Notes: a model not told the origin generated them from the sequence alone. A stretch of DNA of 32,000 bases from Candidatus Methylomirabilis limnetica (GCF_003044035.1 NZ_NVQC01000017.1:120001-152000); one strand, 5' to 3'. Counted from the first letter of the stretch, positions 17,931-26,994 are shown. Made by a program: numbers and translations.

Positions 17931-18608
17931 ATGATCAGGCTGCAGCAGATTGCAAAGGTCTATTCGCTAGGCAAGGTTGAGGTCCGGGCCCTGGATGGGG
18001 TTACGCTGACCATTGGGCAGGGGGAGTTCATCGCGTTGGTTGGAGCGAGCGGCTGCGGCAAAAGTACCCTCCTCAATCTAATGGCCGGGATCGACCGTCC
18101 GACCTCTGGCGAGGTGTGGTTCGAGGGAGAGCGCCTCGATTCCCTTTCTGACGACCGCCTCACGCGGCTTCGTCGGACAAAAGTCGGGATCGTCTACCAG
18201 TGCTTCAATCTGCTCCCGACACTCACCGCACGAGAGAACGTCGCCCTGCCCCTCCTATTAGACGGGATGCAGCGCGGCGAAATCGAAGGGCGCGTCGAGG
18301 GGGGGCTACAGCGTGTGGGGTTGACGCACCGCGCGGAGCACTGGCCTCATGAGCTATCCGGTGGCGAGCAGCAACGGGTAGCGATAGCCAGGGCGATTGT
18401 GGCCGAGCCGCGGGTTGTCCTGGCCGACGAGCCAACGGGGAACCTGGATTCGGTGGCGGGTGGAGCGGTCCTGGATCTGCTCAAGGAGTTGAATCGGGAT
18501 CACGGCCAGACGATTGTCATGGCTACCCATAGCCAAGAGGCGGTGAGAAGAGCCGATCGAATCGTCTACCTCCGCGATGGGAAAATAGAGGGGATCGCGG
18601 AGCCCTAA
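17931..18608 (+). CDS. ABC transporter ATP-binding protein (MacB/LolD-like)
   Basis: Walker A (GASGCGKST), the ABC signature (LSGGEQQRVAIARA) and Walker B (VVLADEPT) are all present. The ATG at 17931 follows a GAGGGAG Shine-Dalgarno. Confidence 0.9.
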   Translation: MIRLQQIAKVYSLGKVEVRALDGVTLTIGQGEFIALVGASGCGKSTLLNLMAGIDRPTSGEVWFEGERLDSLSDDRLTRLRRTKVGIVYQCFNLLPTLTARENVALPLLLDGMQRGEIEGRVEGGLQRVGLTHRAEHWPHELSGGEQQRVAIARAIVAEPRVVLADEPTGNLDSVAGGAVLDLLKELNRDHGQTIVMATHSQEAVRRADRIVYLRDGKIEGIAEP

Positions 18609-18609
18609 C

Positions 18610-21174
18610 ATGCATACCTGGTCGGTCATACGGCTCATCATCCTTCGCCATCTGTGGACGAGCCCGGTCAGGGTACTGGTGACCGTGACGGGCGTCGCCA
18701 TCGGTGTCGCCACTTTTACCGCAATCCAGGCAACCAACGAGAGCGTCCTGCGCTCGTTTGCGCGCGCCATCGATCTGGTGGCAGGTCGGGCCACGATCGA
18801 GATCTTTAGTGGTGAGCTGGGAATCGACGAGCGGCTCCTGCCGGTGGTGCAGCAGGTGGACGGGGTGTCGGCGGCCGCGCCAATCATGCAGATGGTGGCT
18901 CCCGTCGCTGATCGTCCTGGCGAAGCCCTTCTGCTGATGGGGGTCGATCTGTTTGCCGAAGATCCGTTACGAGAATACAGACTGGCTGATGGCGACCATC
19001 CGCCTGGGATTGAGGATCTGCTCAGCCCTGACGCAATCTTTGTGACTGCGGCGTTCGCAGAGGCGCACGGACTGCAGAAAGGTGGAAGCCTGACCCTCCT
19101 GGTTGGGCCGAGGCGGCAGCGGTTCAGCATCAAGGGACTGCTTACCCCGCAAGGGCCGGCCCGTGCATTCGACGGCAATATCGCGATCTTAGACATCGCC
19201 GCTGCCCAGGTGGCGTTCGGTAAGATTGGGCGACTCGACCGAATCGATCTGGTGACGGATGAACAGGTACCGCTGGATGAGATCAGGGCACGCCTTGTGA
19301 AGGTCCTGCCCCCGCATCTGACTGTTCAGCGACCGGATCGGCGGGGCCACCAGGTGGAGAAGATGCTCAGGGCGTTTCGTCTGAATCTGACCGCCCTGAG
19401 CGCGATCGCACTGCTGGTCAGTCTATTCCTGGTCTATAATGCCGTCTCCCTCTCGGTCCTGGAGCGGCGGCGTCAGATCGGGATCCTCCGTTCACTCGGG
19501 CTCACGCGGGGTGCGGTGGCAGCGCTCTTTGCTGCGGAAGGGATGGCGCTGGGGCTCCTGGGCTCGCTGCTTGGAGTCGGCGGCGGGATGCTGCTTGGCC
19601 GGGTACTCCTGCAGAGCGTCTCAAGGACGGTCTCGACCCTCTATGCCTACCTTCGGGTAGAAGAGATCGAGATCAGTCCAATCCTTCTGCTCATAGCGCT
19701 CGGGCTGGGAAGCGCCGGTGCGTTGCTGGCCTCCCTCGCACCTGCCTATGCGGCGAGCCGGATCGCACCGAAGGACGCGATGCACCTCGGTTCCCTCGAA
19801 AGGACCTGGACGCGCCGCTCCCCGCTCGCGTTCCTGGGCGGTCTCCTGTTGCTCACCGCCTCCTTCCTGTTGACTCGTCCGGGTCCGGTTGGTGGCGCTC
19901 CCCTCTTCGGCTATCTCTCTTTGGCCTGCCTCATCTTTGGCGTCGCATGCTTCACCCCCCTGCTCTTGCGCTTCACCGGGACAGGCATTCATTCCCTCTG
20001 TAGGGGGAGACGGGCTCCACTGCTCACGCTTGCAGCCGGCAACCTCTCTTCGCAGGTCGGGCGGAGTGCGGTCGCGGTCGCCGCAATGATGACCGCCATT
20101 GCAATGCTGGTTGGGCTGACCCTGATGATTGGCAGCTTCCGGCGGACGGTGGAACTGTGGGTGGAGCAGACGATCAGGGCCGACATCATGGTGTCGCCGG
20201 CTGCCCGCTTCGTGAAAGGAAGCCAGGCAAGGCTTCCTAACACCTTCATCGAAGGCGCTGCCCGGACCCCAGGGATCGCTGCCCTCGACCCGTTCATCGG
20301 CCAGCGGGTGGATCTGCTTGGGCAGGAGGGGCTGCTCGCAGCGGGGGACTTTGAAGTGGCGGCGCGATACGGCAGGCTCCTGTTCAGGAGGGGGGAGTCG
20401 GCTACGATCCTTCGGCGTGCGAAGGCTGAGGACGGGGTGATCATCTCAGAGAGCCTTGCGCTGTCCAGAGGGCTCACCGAGGGGGACCGATTACCCCTCC
20501 ATCTCCCCTCAGGCCGGGTCGAGCCCCCGATCATCGGGGTCTTCTATGACTACTCAACCGATGGCGGCAAGGTGGTGATGGATCGGGGCCTCTGGGCGAG
20601 GACGGGAGGCGGGCAGGGAGCCGACATCCTGGCGATCTATCTTCAGCCTGGCGCCAACGAGGCCGCAGTACGGCGGCAGCTTCTGACGATTGCAGGAGAG
20701 GATGGCGCGATCGCGCTCAACTCGAACAGGGCGCTGAAGGCCAGGGTTCTGGAGATCTTTGACAACACCTTTGCGGTGGCGCGCGCCCTGGAACTGATCG
20801 CGATCCTGGTGAGCATTCTCGGGATCTTCAACGTCTTGTGGGCCTCGGTAGTCAGCCGCCAGCGAGAGATCGGCGTGCTACGGTCGGTCGGGGCGACGAG
20901 AGCACAGCTTATGCGGATCGTCCTGTGGGAGGCGGGACTACTTGGCCTGTTGGCCGATCTGCTTGGCCTGATTGCCGGCATCGCTCTTTCGCTCATCCTG
21001 ATCTACGTTATCAACAAGCAGTCGTTTGGCTGGACCATCCAGTTTCAATTCTCCTGGTGGGTCGTCATCAAGTCGTCGATCATCGCGCTCGGCACGACCC
21101 TGCTGGCCGGCTACCTGCCTGCAAGGCGAGCAGCCCGTCTGAACATCGCCGCAGCGGTGGCGTATGAGGGGTAG
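18610..21174 (+). CDS. ABC transporter permease with duplicated FtsX/MacB-type domains
   Basis: The 854-aa protein has two repeats, each a TM helix, a large extracytoplasmic domain and a 3-TM FtsX-like block. It starts 2 nt after the ATPase stop. Confidence 0.85.
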   Translation: MHTWSVIRLIILRHLWTSPVRVLVTVTGVAIGVATFTAIQATNESVLRSFARAIDLVAGRATIEIFSGELGIDERLLPVVQQVDGVSAAAPIMQMVAPVADRPGEALLLMGVDLFAEDPLREYRLADGDHPPGIEDLLSPDAIFVTAAFAEAHGLQKGGSLTLLVGPRRQRFSIKGLLTPQGPARAFDGNIAILDIAAAQVAFGKIGRLDRIDLVTDEQVPLDEIRARLVKVLPPHLTVQRPDRRGHQVEKMLRAFRLNLTALSAIALLVSLFLVYNAVSLSVLERRRQIGILRSLGLTRGAVAALFAAEGMALGLLGSLLGVGGGMLLGRVLLQSVSRTVSTLYAYLRVEEIEISPILLLIALGLGSAGALLASLAPAYAASRIAPKDAMHLGSLERTWTRRSPLAFLGGLLLLTASFLLTRPGPVGGAPLFGYLSLACLIFGVACFTPLLLRFTGTGIHSLCRGRRAPLLTLAAGNLSSQVGRSAVAVAAMMTAIAMLVGLTLMIGSFRRTVELWVEQTIRADIMVSPAARFVKGSQARLPNTFIEGAARTPGIAALDPFIGQRVDLLGQEGLLAAGDFEVAARYGRLLFRRGESATILRRAKAEDGVIISESLALSRGLTEGDRLPLHLPSGRVEPPIIGVFYDYSTDGGKVVMDRGLWARTGGGQGADILAIYLQPGANEAAVRRQLLTIAGEDGAIALNSNRALKARVLEIFDNTFAVARALELIAILVSILGIFNVLWASVVSRQREIGVLRSVGATRAQLMRIVLWEAGLLGLLADLLGLIAGIALSLILIYVINKQSFGWTIQFQFSWWVVIKSSIIALGTTLLAGYLPARRAARLNIAAAVAYEG

Positions 21175-22273
21175 GGGATTCAGGATCGCGGTGGTGGCGC
21201 TTCTCTGCCTGCTCAGCGGGACTGGGGCGCAGGCGGAAGGGGTCTTTCGGCGGGCGCTTCCTGGCTATCGATTCGCCTTTCCGCAAGACCATGCCTCGCA
21301 TCCCGACTTCAAAACCGAGTGGTGGTACTATTCGGGCCATCTGCAGACCGAGGATGGGCAGCGGTTCGGCTACCAACTGACCTTCTTTCGGGTTGGCGTC
21401 GATCCTGCGCTACGCGGCAATAGCCGATCCCGTTGGGCAGTTGCCGACCTGCATCTAGCCCACTTCGCCATCTCGGACCTCACGCACCGCCGCTTCCAAT
21501 ACCGGGAGCGCCGAAGCCGCGGCGCCCTGGACTCGGCCGGCGCCTTGACCAAAGGATTCAAGGTCTGGAACGGCCCGTGGGAAGCCAGTGGAGATGGGAA
21601 GGCCCAGCATTTAACCGCTCACGCTCCCGGGTATGCGATCGACCTCACCATGATCCCGACGAAACCGCCCGCAATTCATGGCAGTAATGGCGTAATCCAA
21701 AAGGCGTCAGGGCCAGGCCATGCCTCTCACTACTACTCGCTCACCAGGATGACCACCAACGGCACCTTGACCTTCGCAGGAAGGCCGCAGACCGTGACCG
21801 GATCAACATGGATGGATCATGAGTTCGGGAGTAACCAGTTTACCGCGTCGCAAGTCGGATGGGACTGGTTCGCGATCCAGTTGACGGATGGCGTAGATCT
21901 GATGCTCTACCAGCTCCGCCTGACGGATGGTCGCCCCGACCCCCACTCCAGCGGGAGCCTGATCTATCCGGATGGGCGCATTGAGCATCTACCCTTCAGC
22001 GCCTTTCGACTCACACCGCAAGAGGTCTGGCAGAGCCCTAAGAGCGGCGGCCGATACCCGATCCGTTGGCGGATTCAGGTTCCCGGCCGACGCCTCTACC
22101 TGTCTGTACAGGTTGCGTTCCCTGATCAGGAGCTGAACACCAGCGGCAGCACCCAGGTCACCTACTGGGAGGGGTCGGTTTCAGCGTCTGGGACTGCGGG
22201 TGACCTACCGATCTCCGGTGTGGGCTACCTAGAGATGACCGGCTATGCCGCGCCCTTCCGCCAGCCGCTGTGA
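21164..22273 (+). CDS. Secreted CrtC/AttH-like hydrolase-lipocalin domain protein
   Basis: A signal peptide is present (IAVVALLCLLSGTGAQAEG). The HPDFKTEWWYYSGHL motif is typical of the CrtC N-terminal/AttH family. The start overlaps the permease stop by 11 nt. Confidence 0.75.
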   Translation: MRGRGFRIAVVALLCLLSGTGAQAEGVFRRALPGYRFAFPQDHASHPDFKTEWWYYSGHLQTEDGQRFGYQLTFFRVGVDPALRGNSRSRWAVADLHLAHFAISDLTHRRFQYRERRSRGALDSAGALTKGFKVWNGPWEASGDGKAQHLTAHAPGYAIDLTMIPTKPPAIHGSNGVIQKASGPGHASHYYSLTRMTTNGTLTFAGRPQTVTGSTWMDHEFGSNQFTASQVGWDWFAIQLTDGVDLMLYQLRLTDGRPDPHSSGSLIYPDGRIEHLPFSAFRLTPQEVWQSPKSGGRYPIRWRIQVPGRRLYLSVQVAFPDQELNTSGSTQVTYWEGSVSASGTAGDLPISGVGYLEMTGYAAPFRQPL

Positions 22274-22334
22274 GTCCTCAATGCAGTTCTCACATTAGGA
22301 AAACTCTATCGCGACCGATGGCGCTTGTGGACAC

Positions 22335-22685
22335 TCAAGCATCCACGTCATCAGGCGGGACAATCCTTTCAAGGGCCGCCACGAGTCTTGAAAGATCGCT
22401 CGTCACCACTTCCCAGACGATATCCTCGTCTACGTTCAGGTAATCGTGCACGACCTTGTGACGCATCCCAATGATCTCCGACCATGGGATCTCCGGATGA
22501 GCTGTATGCCATTCCGGCGAAACCCGCCGGGCTGCTTCGCCGATAATCTGGATGAGGTGAGCTAAGGCCAAACGTAGATTTTCGTCGGCGTCATAATCCG
22601 ACCGGCTCTTCCCCTGTATCTTGTCGAGCGCTTTGCGGGCGGTATCCAGCATGTGCCCCAGAAAGACGAGGTCATCCTTTTGCAT
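22335..22685 (-). CDS. hepT: HepT-like HEPN ribonuclease toxin (DUF86)
   Basis: The R-x4-H-x-Y motif (MRHKVVHDY) is present. The protein is 116 aa. It overlaps the upstream nucleotidyltransferase gene by 14 nt. Confidence 0.85.
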   Translation of the reverse strand: MQKDDLVFLGHMLDTARKALDKIQGKSRSDYDADENLRLALAHLIQIIGEAARRVSPEWHTAHPEIPWSEIIGMRHKVVHDYLNVDEDIVWEVVTSDLSRLVAALERIVPPDDVDA

Positions 22686-22974
22686 ACTGTATCTCGGCGC
22701 TGGCCAGCACGCGGTCTCGGATACGCCTGTTGAGAAACTTGGGCGTCACGAGGTCTACTTTCCACCCTCCCAGGATCGTTGAAAGTTCGTCCTGGATTTG
22801 AATGAATTTCAGTCCTGGAACGTGACCAGGCTCGAACTCCACCAGCACATCCACGTCACTGTCTGGTCTGAAATCATCCCTCAGGACGGAGCCGAAGAAC
22901 GCTAGCTTACGGATGTGGTAGTGGTGGCAGAACTCCGCAATCTTGTCGCGGTCGATCGGGATTTTAGGGCTCAT
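22672..22974 (-). CDS. mntA: MntA-like minimal nucleotidyltransferase antitoxin
   Basis: The motif GSVLRDDFRPDSDVDVLV (GS-x10-DxD) is present. The ATG at 22974 has a GAGGAG Shine-Dalgarno 9 nt upstream. The ORF-track start at 22980 is TTG. Confidence 0.85.
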   Translation of the reverse strand: MSPKIPIDRDKIAEFCHHYHIRKLAFFGSVLRDDFRPDSDVDVLVEFEPGHVPGLKFIQIQDELSTILGGWKVDLVTPKFLNRRIRDRVLASAEIQYAKG

Positions 22975-23235
22975 GTACAACGCTCCTCAACGAGCTTACG
23001 CGCGGTCCAACTTGGGCCAGCCCATGTTCTGCACTGAGGTCTACCTTATTGAGCGCCTAAAGTGCAAGCAAAAACTGTACCTTAGCGAGCCGGCTCTGAT
23101 CAACCTGTATGGGGCTTCATATTGGTAGGAGTACCGGGGAGCGTATAGCGGCGCTGCATCGCGATTATGTAATACTTTGAGCGTTTTAAAGTACAGGCGG
23201 AGGCCGCGGCCAATCGCGTCAGATGGTCGCATTAT

Positions 23236-23285
23236 GTAGGGGCGCTGCTCGCCGCGCCCTGGGGCAGGGCAAGCCCTGCCCCTAC
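23236..23285. repeat. GC-rich palindromic element
   Basis: A perfect 10-bp stem pairs GGGGCAGGGC (23261-23270) with GCCCTGCCCC (23273-23282) across an AA spacer. It is flanked by GTAGGGG (23236-23242) and CCCCTAC (23279-23285). No U-tract follows on either strand. Confidence 0.6.
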
Positions 23286-23353
23286 GGGGTCGAACGTTTC
23301 TACATGTAGCTCGCCTACCCTAAATGCCGTGCAGTCGGTCTTTCGATGTCTGG

Positions 23354-23716
23354 TCATTCGCCACCCTCATGTGGAGCCAGCGGTTCTAACAAGGCAATGA
23401 GAGTTGGAACGTCCACAGAAACAGTCTGCCAAGCTTCATCGAGATCAACATGATCGTACTGATGAATGAGTATGTTGCGCATGCCGGCGATCTGACTCCA
23501 GGCAACCCCATGATATTTGGTGCGAAACGCATCAGAGAGCCGCTTGACCGCTTCTCCAAGCACGAGCAACTGGTGTAGGATTGCCGACTGGGTTTTTAGG
23601 TCAGCGAGAAACGCAGCCTTATCCAATTTCCCCGTGAATGCGAGCGCCAGGTTAGCTGCCTTCAAGATATCTAAGATCGCGGCATCATCACGAGGCATAG
23701 TACGCTTCCGCGCCAT
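23354..23716 (-). CDS. hepT: HepT-like HEPN ribonuclease toxin (DUF86), second copy
   Basis: The R-x4-H-x-Y motif (MRNILIHQY) is present. An alternative ATG lies at 23698. The gene overlaps the upstream mntA-like gene. Confidence 0.85.
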   Translation of the reverse strand: MARKRTMPRDDAAILDILKAANLALAFTGKLDKAAFLADLKTQSAILHQLLVLGEAVKRLSDAFRTKYHGVAWSQIAGMRNILIHQYDHVDLDEAWQTVSVDVPTLIALLEPLAPHEGGE

Positions 23717-23999
23717 CGAGGATGGCTTTCCGGCGGATCCAGTTGGAACTACGTTCTATTGCCTGACGACTAACCAGGTCAACCTTGCGGCCGACAAGCG
23801 TGGATAGCTCTTCTTCCATGGCCACGTGATCAAAGAGACTCCATTTGGTATCCGGTGCGAAGGTGACGAGGACATCGACGTCGCTATCCGGGCGGAAATC
23901 GTCACGCAGCACAGAGCCGAAGAATGCGAGTTCGGTAATCTTCCATCGTCGGCAGAAATCAGCGATCTTGCCACGGTCGATAGTAACCTTTGGGCTCAT
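23688..23999 (-). CDS. mntA: MntA-like minimal nucleotidyltransferase antitoxin, second copy
   Basis: It carries the same GSVLRDDFRPDSDVDVLV block as the first copy. The ATG at 23999 has a GAGGAG Shine-Dalgarno 8 nt upstream. Confidence 0.85.
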   Translation of the reverse strand: MSPKVTIDRGKIADFCRRWKITELAFFGSVLRDDFRPDSDVDVLVTFAPDTKWSLFDHVAMEEELSTLVGRKVDLVSRQAIERSSNWIRRKAILDGAEAYYAS

Positions 24000-24255
24000 C
24001 TTCAACGCTCCTCAACGAACCGGCGCACAGTCCGCAATATGCCGGCAGTAACGGTAGAGGTTTACTCCATTGCCCGCCAAGAGCGCAAGCGAAAACTTAT
24101 GCGCCGAAATTATGCCCTGGTGCTGCCAACATCCTTGCGATCCAGTACAAGACGGCAACATGACGGCATCATAGGGAACGAGCGTAGTGGGTGTCAACAA
24201 GAGGATAGCAGGCCGGGCCAAACTCGATTACAATGGCCGCAAAGGAGCAGAGCGG

Positions 24256-25242
24256 ATGCCCCCAACTCGCGTGATCATCGACACCGATCCTGGCATCGAC
24301 GATGCCTTGGCGCTGATCCTCGCCTTCGCCTCCCCAGAGCTCTCTGTCGAGGCAATCACGACCGTGGCCGGCAACGTCCCGGTGGCGCAGGCGGCGCGGA
24401 ACGCCCGTATGGTCCTCGACGTGATGGGTCGCAGTCCCGGACCACCGGTGGCGGTCGGTGCCAGAGGCCCCCTGAAAAAGAAGCTGCGCCCAGCCCAGGA
24501 CTACCACGGCGAGGACGGTCTGGGAGAGTTATCTCGTTTCAAGACGGGGGAAGGGATACCCCGATACCCCGAACCACAACAACTCCCCGAACCACAACCC
24601 GCCCCGGCCCTCATCGCTGAGATCATCGGTTCCGCCCCGGGGGAGATCGTCCTGATCTGTCTTGGGCCGCTGACCAACCTGGCGATGGCGATCCAGGCGG
24701 CCCCGACGCAGATGGCGCAGGTCAAAGAGATCATCGTCATGGGCGGGGCGATCCAGGCGCCGGGCAACGTGACACCAGGGGCGGAGTTTAATCTGTACAC
24801 CGATCCCGATGCCGCCAAGCTCGTGTTCACCTCCGGCCTGCCGATCACCCTCATCCCTTTGGATGTCACGCAGCGGGTCATGCTCACGGCTGAGCTGATC
24901 GACGCGGTGGTCCGGCACATCGACAGTCGCGTGACCCAGTTCGTCCGCGATACCACTGAGCGACTGTTTGGCGTTGAACAGCGGCGGACGGGGTATGCCG
25001 CGATCCCACTCCACGACCCGCTCGCGGTTGGCGTTGCGATCGATCGATCCCTTGTCAGCAGCCGGCCATTGCATGTCGAGGTGGAGACGGGCGACGGTCC
25101 AGCTCAAGGGATGACGATTGCCGACAGGCGTCCCCTCAAGGAGGAATGGAAAAAGCCGCCGAACCTGCAGGTGTGTATGGAGGTGGATGCCGGACGGTTT
25201 ATGGCCCTTTTCTTGGAGCGGATATGCCGGCCGACTGCCTGA
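24256..25242 (+). CDS. Inosine/uridine-preferring nucleoside hydrolase family protein
   Basis: The N-terminal [12 protein letters not shown] motif (DxDxxxDD) is present. The ATG at 24256 follows an AAAGGAG Shine-Dalgarno. The ORF-track start at 24187 is rejected. Confidence 0.88.
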   Translation: MPPTRVIIDTDPGIDDALALILAFASPELSVEAITTVAGNVPVAQAARNARMVLDVMGRSPGPPVAVGARGPLKKKLRPAQDYHGEDGLGELSRFKTGEGIPRYPEPQQLPEPQPAPALIAEIIGSAPGEIVLICLGPLTNLAMAIQAAPTQMAQVKEIIVMGGAIQAPGNVTPGAEFNLYTDPDAAKLVFTSGLPITLIPLDVTQRVMLTAELIDAVVRHIDSRVTQFVRDTTERLFGVEQRRTGYAAIPLHDPLAVGVAIDRSLVSSRPLHVEVETGDGPAQGMTIADRRPLKEEWKKPPNLQVCMEVDAGRFMALFLERICRPTA

Positions 25243-26201
25243 GCAGACAGGTTGTCGTGATCGGCAGCGCGAATCTTGATCTGACCGTGACTGTCGCCCG
25301 ACTGCCGCGGGAAGGGGAGACGGTCCTCGGCGGAGAACTGCTCCTCTCGAACGGAGGCAAGGGGGCGAACCAGGCCGTTGCGGCGCTCAAGGCCGGAGCC
25401 GAGGTCCGGTTCCTGGCGAAGGTCGGGCGTGATCCTTTTGGTGATCGGATCTGTCGAGACCTCGTCACGGCGGGACTTCCGGCCAATGGTCTGCTCCGGG
25501 ACGAGTCGGCCCCGACGGGTGTCGCCCTGATCGTTGTTGATCGACAGGGGCGAAATCAGATCGCAGTGGCTCCTGGCAGCAATCAGTTGCTCCTACCGGA
25601 GGCCATTGAGCAGTACGAACCCTTCCTGGCCTATGGGACCGTCATGCTTGTGCAACTCGAGATTCCGATCGTTACCGTCGAGCGGGCGTTTCGGTTCGCC
25701 AAGGCCAACGGGATGATGACAATTTTGAATCCGGCGCCGGCATCCCCTTTATCGGACGATCTCCTCCGTCACGTCGATCTGCTGACGCCGAACGAGACCG
25801 AGGCCGAAGCGTTGACAGGGATCGCGGTCTTCGACCTGCCCAGCGCTACGGCAGCGGCCAAGGCGCTGCTTTTGCGTGGCCCTCAAGTCGTCATCGTGAC
25901 GCTTGGACCTCAGGGGGCGCTGCTGTGCACAGCATCGGTCGTGCGACATCTGCCGGCCGTCCCGGTCGAGGCCGTCGATACAACCGCCGCCGGTGACGCG
26001 TTCAACGGTGCGCTGGCCGCGGTCCTGGCTGGGAAGCCCCGGGCCGATGCACTCGACACAGATCGATTACTAGTATTAGAGGACGCCGTACGCTTTGCAA
26101 ACGCAGCCGGCGCCCTGGCCACGACCAAGCACGGTGCGCAAGAATCACTACCCACCAAGGCCGAGATCGAGAAGCTGCTGGCAGGAAAACCTTCACCATA
26201 A
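25224..26201 (+). CDS. rbsK: Ribokinase (PfkB family)
   Basis: Motifs [19 protein letters not shown] and [13 protein letters not shown] are present. The ATG at 25224 overlaps the hydrolase 3' end by 19 nt. Confidence 0.88.
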   Translation: MPADCLSRQVVVIGSANLDLTVTVARLPREGETVLGGELLLSNGGKGANQAVAALKAGAEVRFLAKVGRDPFGDRICRDLVTAGLPANGLLRDESAPTGVALIVVDRQGRNQIAVAPGSNQLLLPEAIEQYEPFLAYGTVMLVQLEIPIVTVERAFRFAKANGMMTILNPAPASPLSDDLLRHVDLLTPNETEAEALTGIAVFDLPSATAAAKALLLRGPQVVIVTLGPQGALLCTASVVRHLPAVPVEAVDTTAAGDAFNGALAAVLAGKPRADALDTDRLLVLEDAVRFANAAGALATTKHGAQESLPTKAEIEKLLAGKPSP

Positions 26202-26270
26202 AAGTTTGGTTCTTCCGGAGTGAGCGTGAGTAAAAGGATTTCTCTACTCCCTAGGGCAGGAGGAGGAGTT

Positions 26271-26360
26271 CGTCATACCGGCGGAAGCCGGTATCCAGTG
26301 AAGGGGCCCGCGTGCGGAACTCGTGTAAGGAGTTGGATTCCGGCTTTCGCCGGAATGACG
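26271..26360. repeat. Inverted pair of 28-nt hairpin elements
   Basis: Arm 1 (26271-26298) is CGTCATACCGGCGGAAGCCGGTATCCAG. Arm 2 (26333-26360) is 24/28 identical to it as a reverse complement. Each arm is itself an 8-bp hairpin (26275-26294 and 26337-26356). Confidence 0.7.
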
Positions 26361-26612
26361 GATGAGACCTGGATTCTCCCCCCGTATCAAGTATGGGGCA
26401 GGCTTGTCACGCCCATGCCTGTGTGTGTCCGTACGCAGACAGGCGAAATGACGGACAGCAGTTGACCCACGGAAAATTCGGAAGAGCCAAAAGTTTTATA
26501 GGAGGCTGGACGGGTAGGGGCAGGGGTAGGTTAGAACGAACACGAACAGAGGTCAGGGAGAGAGGCTGGGCCAAAGGAGATCAATGACGGGCTTTCGCCG
26601 AGATAAGGCTAG

Positions 26613-26930
26613 TTACGGCTGCGGGAAGGCGATGATGATCGAATCCAGCGAGAGGATCCGGTACTCCTCGTTATTCCGGTAGAAATAGTGCCCTTCCACG
26701 CCTTCAGATGCCTCCTCAAAGGCGACGATCGCTTCGAACGGGGGCATCTCTCGGAAGGAGCTGGACCCTTCATCGAAGCCGTCACCGGCCATCACAACCT
26801 GGCCGTATCTGATGGAGGCGCCCCGTGGGCAGTGGAGCGTCAGGACATCCGGCGGTTCACGAAGCATCCGGGCCACCAAATTGATGCCATAGACCTTAAA
26901 CGGGGGATTTGAAACCGCCCTTTCATTCAT
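26613..26930 (-). CDS. Hypothetical protein (no recognisable domain)
   Basis: This is a 105-aa ORF in otherwise gene-free DNA, with non-shadow composition and an ATG start. There is no Shine-Dalgarno. A TATACT hexamer ends 5 nt before the ATG, so the mRNA may be leaderless. Confidence 0.5.
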   Translation of the reverse strand: MNERAVSNPPFKVYGINLVARMLREPPDVLTLHCPRGASIRYGQVVMAGDGFDEGSSSFREMPPFEAIVAFEEASEGVEGHYFYRNNEEYRILSLDSIIIAFPQP

Positions 26931-26976
26931 GTGGTAGTATATAGCATAATGGGTGCTCTGAGGGAAGCGGGAAATA

Positions 26977-26994
26977 GCGCCTGATTTCAGGCGC
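26977..26994. promoter_or_regulatory. Perfect 18-bp palindrome GCGCCTGA-TT-TCAGGCGC (candidate operator)
   Basis: The palindrome is read directly from the sequence. It lies in the 109-bp divergent intergenic region between the orphan gene (26930) and the NUDIX gene (27040). Confidence 0.35.

Noticed and set aside
18354-19196. 280-aa minus-strand ORF
   Set aside because: It is antisense to the ABC ATPase 3' end and the FtsX permease. It is Ser/Arg/Pro-rich and low-complexity, so it is a shadow ORF.
22943-23232. Two 61-63-aa ORFs between the toxin-antitoxin modules
   Set aside because: They overlap each other on opposite strands and have no Shine-Dalgarno. The region is better explained as the duplicated toxin-antitoxin leader/promoter.
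23826-24620. 264-aa plus-strand ORF
   Set aside because: It runs antisense through mntA copy 2, across the intergenic region and out of frame into the nucleoside hydrolase. It is extremely Arg-rich with no domain.
26220-26465. 81-aa ORF (…WIPAFAGMT…) in the rbsK-downstream gap
   Set aside because: Its sequence is dictated by the palindromic repeat units. This peptide type is a known artefact of translating such elements.
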